Source: Vicinamibacterales bacterium (GTDB lineage: Bacteria; Acidobacteriota; Vicinamibacteria; Vicinamibacterales; UBA8438). From it: a DNA stretch of 64,000 nucleotides. A program made the position numbers and the translations under genes. The notes beneath the pieces are model-generated. The model searched no databases and had not been told where the DNA came from. It saw only the letters and a list, made by a program, of their open reading frames with translations. Location: assembly GCA_963666855.2 (NCBI GenBank), contig CAXXTG010000171.1, forward strand, positions 3,943 to 67,942, read 5' to 3'. How positions within the stretch are numbered: the stretch's first letter is position 1; every line of letters begins with the position of its first letter. Below are positions 58,335 through 64,000 of this stretch, one piece after another.

Positions 58335-60719
58335 GTGTCCCAATCCACGTTGTCACGCTGGTTGAGCGAGTTCTTCGGGGTGGGCCTCTTCGCCGCCGCG
58401 GCGTTCTCGTTCGTCGCCCTCGCCACCTACGACCCCGCCGATCCGGTCTGGTTCTTCAGCACCGGCGCGCAGGAGACGCCCGTGAACTTCGCGGGGCGCG
58501 TCGGCGCGTTCGTGGCCGAGCTGTTCTTTCAACTGGTCGGGTTCGGCGCCTTCCTGCTGCCGCTCGTGCTGCTCGCGCTGGGCTGGCACTACTTCTGGTG
58601 CCGGCCCGTCGAGGGACCGTACGCCCGCGCGGTCGGTCTGGGGCTGACCCTCGCCTGCGCCTCGTCCTTCCTCGCGCTGGCGTTCTCCGCCTTCGACACC
58701 GTCGAACGCCCGTTCGCGGCCGGCGGCTACCTCGGGGGATGGATCACGGGCCTGTTGGACGAGTACCTGAACCGCACCGGCTCGATCATCCTGATCCTCA
58801 CCGTGCTCTTCCTCGCGGTCCTCCTGCTGACCCAGGTGTCGTTCGGCCAACTGCTCAGCCGGTCGTTCGCCGGCATCGGCCGGAGCGGGGCCGCCCTTCG
58901 CGACGCCGCGGCCGCCGCTTGGCGGGATCGCCGGGAACGGGCCCGCGGCCGCCGCCGCGGGGTCGCCGAACCCGGCCGGACCGGGCCGCCGGCGGTCGCC
59001 GCCGCGCCCGCGGCGGCGGCGGCCGGTCCGCCCGCCGACCCGCCGGGACGAACCCGGACGCGCAGACCCCGGAGGGCCGCACCCGACGCGAAGCGCACCG
59101 AACGCGCCGGCCCCGAGCCCGCGATCCGGAAGCCGCAACCGGCCCCGCCGGCCGCGCCGGAGGCCGCCTCCCCGCCGACGCCGGCGCTGGCGACGCTGGG
59201 GCTGCAGCCGCCGCCGGCGCCGCGCCTGTCGCCGGACCGCGACGGGAAGGCCTTCTCGCTGCCGCCGCTGTCTCTGCTCGACCCGGTCCGGGTCAAGCAG
59301 CAGTTCGACGAGCGCGAGCTGCTGGACAACGCCAGGCTGCTGGAGAACAAGTGCCAGGAGTTCTCCGTGCGGGGGAAGGTCATCCAGATTCACCCGGGCC
59401 CGGTCGTGACGACCTACGAGTTCCAGCCGGACCCCGGCGTGAAGTACAGCCGGGTGACCGGCCTCGCCGACGATCTCTGCCTGGCGATGCTCGCCGAGTC
59501 CATCCTGATCGAGCGGCTCCCCGGCCGTTCCACCGTCGGCATCCAGATACCCAACCGCGTCCGGGAGCAGATCTCCCTGCGGCAGATGATCGAGTCCCCC
59601 CCCTACCGCGACAACGACTCGAAGCTGGCCCTGGCCCTGGGCCGGCGGATCCACGGCGAGCCGATCGCGGGCGACCTGGCGAAGATGCCTCATCTGCTGA
59701 TCGCGGGCGCGACCGGCACCGGCAAGAGCGTGGCGATGAACGCGATGCTCACCAGCATCCTCTACAAGGCCACGCCCGACGACGTGCGGTTCATCCTGAT
59801 CGACCCGAAGCGGCTCGAGCTCGGCATGTACAAGGACATCCCCCACCTGCTGACCCCGGTGGTGGTCGAGCCGAAGCTGGCCGCGAACGCCCTGCGCTGG
59901 GCCGTCCACGAGATGGAGGAGCGCTACAAGCAGCTCGCGGCCGAGGGCGTGCGCAACCTCGAGCAGTACAACCGCAACGTCCGCGGCCAGTTGCAGGAAG
60001 CGGCGGGCAAGCGGGGCGGGGCGGCGCCGGCCGACGCCGACGAGCTGCCGAAGCCGCTGCCCTACATCGTGCTCGCCATCGACGAGCTGGCCGACCTGAT
60101 GATGCTCGTGGGCCGCGAGGTCGAGGAGTCGATCGCCCGGCTCGCCCAGATGGCGCGGGCCGTCGGCATCCACCTGATCCTGGCCACGCAGCGCCCGTCG
60201 GTCGACGTGATCACCGGCCTGATCAAGGCCAACCTCCCGTCGCGCATCTCGTTCCGGGTGTCGTCGAAGGTCGACTCGCGCACGATCCTCGACAGCAACG
60301 GGGCCGAGCAGCTCCTCGGCCGCGGCGACATGCTGTACCTGCCCCCCGCTTCGTCGCGGCTCGTGCGGGTGCACGGCCCCTACATCTCGGAGCAGGAGAC
60401 GGCGCGCGTCTGCGGCTTCCTGCGCAAGCAGGGCCGCCCCGCCTACGACGCGTCCATCACCGCCGAGGAGAAGCCGGCCGACGCCGACGCCTTCGACAAG
60501 GACGACCTGTACGACGAGGCGGCGCGCCTCGTGGTCGCGGCGGGCCAGGCGTCCATCTCCCACCTCCAGCGCCGCCTGAAGATCGGGTTCAGCCGCGCCG
60601 GCCGCCTCGTGGACATGATGGAGGCGGACGGGCTGGTGTCCGCCGGTACCGGGGGCAAGGCCCGCGAGGTGCTGGTCGGGGCGGACTACTTCGATCAGGT
60701 CGACATGCAGCTCCGCTGA
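58335..60719 (+). CDS. ftsK: DNA translocase FtsK
   Basis: N-terminal 4 TM helices, Pro/Ala/Arg-rich linker, motor domain (HLLIAGATGTGKSV, ILIDPKRLEL, LVLAIDELADLMM, ILATQRPSVDVITG) and gamma winged helix (ISHLQRRLKIGFSRAGRLVDMME). GTG start. Confidence 0.95.
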   Translation: MSQSTLSRWLSEFFGVGLFAAAAFSFVALATYDPADPVWFFSTGAQETPVNFAGRVGAFVAELFFQLVGFGAFLLPLVLLALGWHYFWCRPVEGPYARAVGLGLTLACASSFLALAFSAFDTVERPFAAGGYLGGWITGLLDEYLNRTGSIILILTVLFLAVLLLTQVSFGQLLSRSFAGIGRSGAALRDAAAAAWRDRRERARGRRRGVAEPGRTGPPAVAAAPAAAAAGPPADPPGRTRTRRPRRAAPDAKRTERAGPEPAIRKPQPAPPAAPEAASPPTPALATLGLQPPPAPRLSPDRDGKAFSLPPLSLLDPVRVKQQFDERELLDNARLLENKCQEFSVRGKVIQIHPGPVVTTYEFQPDPGVKYSRVTGLADDLCLAMLAESILIERLPGRSTVGIQIPNRVREQISLRQMIESPPYRDNDSKLALALGRRIHGEPIAGDLAKMPHLLIAGATGTGKSVAMNAMLTSILYKATPDDVRFILIDPKRLELGMYKDIPHLLTPVVVEPKLAANALRWAVHEMEERYKQLAAEGVRNLEQYNRNVRGQLQEAAGKRGGAAPADADELPKPLPYIVLAIDELADLMMLVGREVEESIARLAQMARAVGIHLILATQRPSVDVITGLIKANLPSRISFRVSSKVDSRTILDSNGAEQLLGRGDMLYLPPASSRLVRVHGPYISEQETARVCGFLRKQGRPAYDASITAEEKPADADAFDKDDLYDEAARLVVAAGQASISHLQRRLKIGFSRAGRLVDMMEADGLVSAGTGGKAREVLVGADYFDQVDMQLR

Positions 60720-60735
60720 CCGCCGGCGCCGTTCT

Positions 60736-60854
60736 TCGGGACGAAGCGGCGTTCACGGGTCCGCCGTCGCGGGCCCGGGCTCCCGGCGGCGCGGCACCCC
60801 CCGCCAGCGCCGTCGTCGGGGCGAAGCGGTGTCCCGGGTCCGCCGTCGCGGGCC
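60736..60854. repeat. Two roughly 40-bp direct repeats 80 bp apart between ftsK and pepA
   Basis: TCGGGACGAAGCGGCGTTCACGGGTCCGCCGTCGCGGGCC (60736-60775) versus TCGGGGCGAAGCGGTGTCCCGGGTCCGCCGTCGCGGGCC (60816-60854). In addition, CCGGAGGAACC occurs at 60853 and 60899. Confidence 0.85.
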
Positions 60855-60929
60855 GGAGGAACCCGCGGCGGGCCCGCTCCCGGGGGCGGCGTCCGCGCCC
60901 GGAGGAACCGGCGGGCGGACGGCGCGCCG

Positions 60930-62471
60930 TCAGGTCCGCGGCGGACCGTCGGACGGCTCGACCCAGTCGGCCCCGAACGGCAGCGCGGCCAGGGTGCGGA
61001 CGCCGACCCCGGTGGCCCCCTTGACGCCGTACGGCTTGCCCTCTTCGTGCCAGGCCGTCCCGGCGATGTCGAGGTGGGCCCACGGCCGGTCGCCGGTGAA
61101 CGCCTTCAGGAACATCCCGGCGGTGATCGCCCCCGCGTCGCGCCCCCCGATGTTGGCGAGGTCGGCCGTCTCGCTCTTGAGCTGCTCGGCGTACTCGTCG
61201 TAGGCGGGCAGCGGCCACAGCCGCTCCCCCGCCCCCGCCGCGGTCGCGCGGACCGACTCGACCCAGGCCGTCGGCGCCCCCACGAGGCCCGAGGCGTGAT
61301 GCCCCAGGGCCACCACGCAGGCGCCGGTGAGGGTGGCGACGTCCACGAGGTGGGTGGCGCCGAGCCTCCGCGCGAGGACGAGCGCGTCGGCGAGGATGAG
61401 CCGCCCTTCGGCGTCGGTGTTCAACACCTCGACCCGCTTGCCGTCGGCCGCGGTCAAGACGTCGCCGGGGCGGATGGCCCGGCCCCCCGGCATGTTCTCG
61501 ACCGCGGGCACGATGCCGATCACGCGCACCGGCGGGGCGAGCCGTCCGATGGCCCGCATCGCGCCGACGACCGCGGCCCCGCCCGACATGTCGTGCTTCA
61601 TCAGGCCCATGCCCTCCGACGGCTTGATGGAGATGCCGCCGGTGTCGAACGTCACCCCCTTGCCGACGAGCCCCAGCACGGGTCCGGTCCCGTCACCGGC
61701 CTCCTCGGGCTCGTACCGCATGACGATGACCCGCGGGGGCTCGACGCTGCCCTGCGCCACGCCGCGGACGAGCCCCATGCCCCGCGAGTCGATGGCCTCT
61801 TCCGCGAGCACCTCGACCGTGGTCCGCGGCCCGGTCGCGAGGTCGAGGGCGCGGTCGGCGAAGACCCGCGGGGTGAACAGGTTCGCGGGCTCGTTGGACA
61901 ACTCGCGCGCGACGTTCGTGCAGCCCGCGAGCAGCGCCCCCCGGCGGGCGGCCGCCGCCACGTCCGCGTCCGGCCCGCGGTCGACGACCAGCTCGACCCC
62001 GGTCAGGGGCGGGCTGTCCGGCTCGTCGGTCTTGAACCGGGTGTCGCGGAACGCGCCCAGCCCCAGGCCCTCGACGACCGCCTGCGCCATCGGCGCGGCG
62101 CCGCCCGAGCCGCCGCACGCGAAGACGAGCCGCCGGGCGCGCCGGGCGCGCGCGGCCATGCCCGCGGCGCCGGCCACGGTGCGCGCCCGGTCCGCCGAGT
62201 AGGCGCCGCGCGGGCCCGCCCCCACCAGGAGCACGCGCCGGGTCCCCCAGTCGGCGTCGACCACGTCGGTCAGATACAGCTCGTGGAGCTTCCCCGTCAG
62301 TTCGCCGGACGCGCGGGCGCGGCCGACGGCGCCGGCCGCCGCCGCGTCGAGCCCGCGCAGATCGTCGTTGTCGTCGTCCTCGAAGAACGGGGCGCAGATC
62401 AGATCGGCCCGCGAGCCGCTCAGCGCGCCGGCGCGGCAGTCGACGGGCGGGAATTCGTTCGCGGTTTGCAT
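60930..62471 (-). CDS. pepA: Leucyl aminopeptidase (M17)
   Basis: VGKGVTFDTGGISIKP, MKHDMSGGA, signature NTDAEGRLILADAL. 513 aa from ATG 62471. Confidence 0.94.
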   Translation of the reverse strand: MQTANEFPPVDCRAGALSGSRADLICAPFFEDDDNDDLRGLDAAAAGAVGRARASGELTGKLHELYLTDVVDADWGTRRVLLVGAGPRGAYSADRARTVAGAAGMAARARRARRLVFACGGSGGAAPMAQAVVEGLGLGAFRDTRFKTDEPDSPPLTGVELVVDRGPDADVAAAARRGALLAGCTNVARELSNEPANLFTPRVFADRALDLATGPRTTVEVLAEEAIDSRGMGLVRGVAQGSVEPPRVIVMRYEPEEAGDGTGPVLGLVGKGVTFDTGGISIKPSEGMGLMKHDMSGGAAVVGAMRAIGRLAPPVRVIGIVPAVENMPGGRAIRPGDVLTAADGKRVEVLNTDAEGRLILADALVLARRLGATHLVDVATLTGACVVALGHHASGLVGAPTAWVESVRATAAGAGERLWPLPAYDEYAEQLKSETADLANIGGRDAGAITAGMFLKAFTGDRPWAHLDIAGTAWHEEGKPYGVKGATGVGVRTLAALPFGADWVEPSDGPPRT

Positions 62472-62477
62472 CGGCGG

Positions 62478-62483
62478 ATTATA
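62478..62483 (-). promoter_or_regulatory. -10 consensus TATAAT 6 nt upstream of the pepA ATG (leaderless configuration)
   Basis: The minus strand reads GGCTATAATccgccgATG. There is no Shine-Dalgarno sequence. Confidence 0.35.
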
Positions 62484-62704
62484 GCCCGCGTCCCCGAACC
62501 GACCCCGACGCGCCGCATGGCCCCGCCGCCGCCCCGCACGGGGGGCCGCGGCCCGGCCATGCCCCGGGTCCAACCGGGGCCCGCGCGGGTCGTCCCGGCC
62601 GGCGCGGCGGCGCGCCGGCGACGGCCGCCCCCGCCCCGTCCGTCGGCGGCGCCGCCCGGGCCGCCCCGGAGCCGCCGGGGCTGGCACCGCGGCGGCGTCG
62701 GCGT

Positions 62705-62710
62705 TACAAT
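62705..62710 (+). promoter_or_regulatory. -10-like TACAAT 6 nt upstream of ATG 62717 (leaderless configuration)
   Basis: GTTACAATcggcgcATG. There is no Shine-Dalgarno sequence. Confidence 0.35.
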
Positions 62711-62716
62711 CGGCGC

Positions 62717-63157
62717 ATGCAGGGACCCCGCTCGCACCGATCCGCCGGCCGCCTCCTCGTCGGCGCGGCGCTCCTCGCCCTCGCGTTGCCGGTGGGCGCG
62801 GCCGCCCAGGACGACGGCGAGCGCCCGGAGCTCACCCTCCGCGCGCGGCCCAGCGTGACCTTCGCCACGAACGCGGTCTCGTTCACGGGACTGTTGCGGG
62901 GCGGCGCGGACGACTACGAAGACCTTTACTGCGTCAGCGCCGAGTGGGACTGGGACGACGGGACGCGCTCGGAGAGCATCCTCGACTGCGAGCCCTACGA
63001 GCCGGGGGTGAGCGAGATCCGGCGCCGCTTCTCGCGGCGGCACACCTTCCAGTTCGCCGGCCGCTACGAGGTCCGGCTCAACCTCAAACGCGGCGACGAG
63101 GTGGTCGCCTCGGCCCGGGTCCGGGTCACCATTCAGGGCGGCCGGTTCCCCGATTGA
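62717..63157 (+). CDS. Hypothetical secreted protein (small beta-rich domain)
   Basis: Signal peptide LLVGAALLALALPVGAAAQ. Two Cys and a WDWDDG motif; the beta-strand-like C-terminus (FAGRYEVRLNLKRGDEVVASARVRVTI) is suggestive of a PKD/Ig-like fold. Confidence 0.6.
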   Translation: MQGPRSHRSAGRLLVGAALLALALPVGAAAQDDGERPELTLRARPSVTFATNAVSFTGLLRGGADDYEDLYCVSAEWDWDDGTRSESILDCEPYEPGVSEIRRRFSRRHTFQFAGRYEVRLNLKRGDEVVASARVRVTIQGGRFPD

Positions 63158-63328
63158 GCGTCGTCCGCGGCTCGACGCCGGCTCACCCGTACACTCCTAC
63201 CGCGAGGTGGGCTGAACCTCGACCGTCCCCGGCGGCGTCGTGGTCCAGATCCCGGGCACCGTTTCCCGGATCGGCACCGATCGTGATCCGCGGTTCGACC
63301 CGGCTCGGCCGGTCCCCGTCGAGGCGCG

Positions 63329-63760
63329 CTACGCGGGGTGTTCCGGAGGTCGGGCCGCGACGCGCAGCTCGACCCGGCTCAAGCGGCCCGCGTCGAGGCG
63401 GTACGCCCGCACGTCGGCCCGGGCCGGCGACGCGATCACATACAGGAGCGCCGTGTCTTCGGCTTCGCGCTCATCCGTCGCCGACGGAGACGGCGGCGAC
63501 GTCGGGTGCGAGTGGTAGACGCCGACCACCGAGAGCCCGGCCCCGCGGGCGGCTCTAATGGCGGCGAAGTGGTCGGCCGGGTCAATCAGGTACCGCGTGG
63601 GACTCCGCCGCAGGTTCCGGGCCGGCCACGCGCGGGTGATCCGCGTGTCGGCCCCCGCCGCGCCGCCAAGGAGAAGACCGCAGCACTCGTCCGGCAACGC
63701 CCGGCGCGCGTGGTCGAGCATGGCGTTCCGGACCGCCCGCGGCACGTGAACGACGCCCAC
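63329..63760 (-). CDS. JAMM/MPN+ (Mov34) family metallopeptidase
   Basis: E..CG context (LPDECCGLLLG) and the JAMM motif HSHPTSPPSPSATD. A GTG start at 63760 is proposed, 7 nt downstream of GGAGG. Confidence 0.85.
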   Translation of the reverse strand: MGVVHVPRAVRNAMLDHARRALPDECCGLLLGGAAGADTRITRAWPARNLRRSPTRYLIDPADHFAAIRAARGAGLSVVGVYHSHPTSPPSPSATDEREAEDTALLYVIASPARADVRAYRLDAGRLSRVELRVAARPPEHPA

Positions 63761-64000
63761 GATCCGCCCTCCAGGGCCGTCATCGGCGCGGACGCCCGGT
63801 TGGGTTGTTCGCCGATCGCCCCGCGCCCCCCGGGCGCACCCTCCGCACGGCCTGTCAGGCGGGTGCCCCGCCGCTCTCCGAACAAACGCGGAGTTCGGTC
63901 GGGCACCGCCGGGCCGTTGCCGACCGGCCCGCGTCCGGGTCGTTTCCGCCGCCAACCACCGCAAGTCCGCAAGCTATCGTCCTTCGACGCGTTTCAGACC

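Overview
This is a high-GC (about 70% by eye) chromosomal segment from a diderm bacterium. It combines Tol-Pal, Lpt and sigma-54 genes with RNase J and a bacilliredoxin. The lineage cannot be fixed from sequence alone; Acidobacteriota- or Gemmatimonadota-like is only a guess. I call about 50 protein genes, 2 tRNAs (Arg-CCU, Pro-CGG), one gene remnant and several intergenic repeat arrays. The content is almost entirely core housekeeping:
- Envelope: tolA-like/tolB/pal/cpoB, a fused lptC/A-like gene, lptB, pssA, psd and a GT39 glycosyltransferase.
- The rpoN-hpf-rapZ cluster.
- DNA replication and repair: ssb, recJ, dnaE, mutS, recG, lexA, ftsK.
- RNA and translation: rho, rnj, rsmA, rsmD, tsaB.
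- Metabolism: guaA, gdhA, apt, hemH, coaD, aguA/aguB, pepA.

I found no CRISPR array, transposase, integrase, recognisable defence system or biosynthetic cluster, so I cannot honestly nominate a new multi-gene system here. The observations worth a second look are:
1. mutS and clpB are each interrupted by two +1 frameshifts in short G/C runs. This is either an assembly artefact or a mismatch-repair-deficient lineage.
2. A single 864-aa LptC/LptA-like polypeptide carries 13 copies of a GGPPP(D/E) hexapeptide, encoded by a near-perfect 18-bp tandem repeat.
3. A family of intergenic tandem repeats occurs at 34033-34212 and 41210-41283, with a further array at 60736-60854.
4. A 46-codon surE 3' remnant lies beside tRNA-Pro.
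5. Six genes show a -10 hexamer 5-7 nt upstream of the start codon, suggesting leaderless transcription.
6. A perfect AAGTAC-N7-GTACTT palindrome sits in front of lexA.
7. An island of about 18% GC lies upstream of clpB.

All functional calls come from motif and family recognition by eye. No database search was run.
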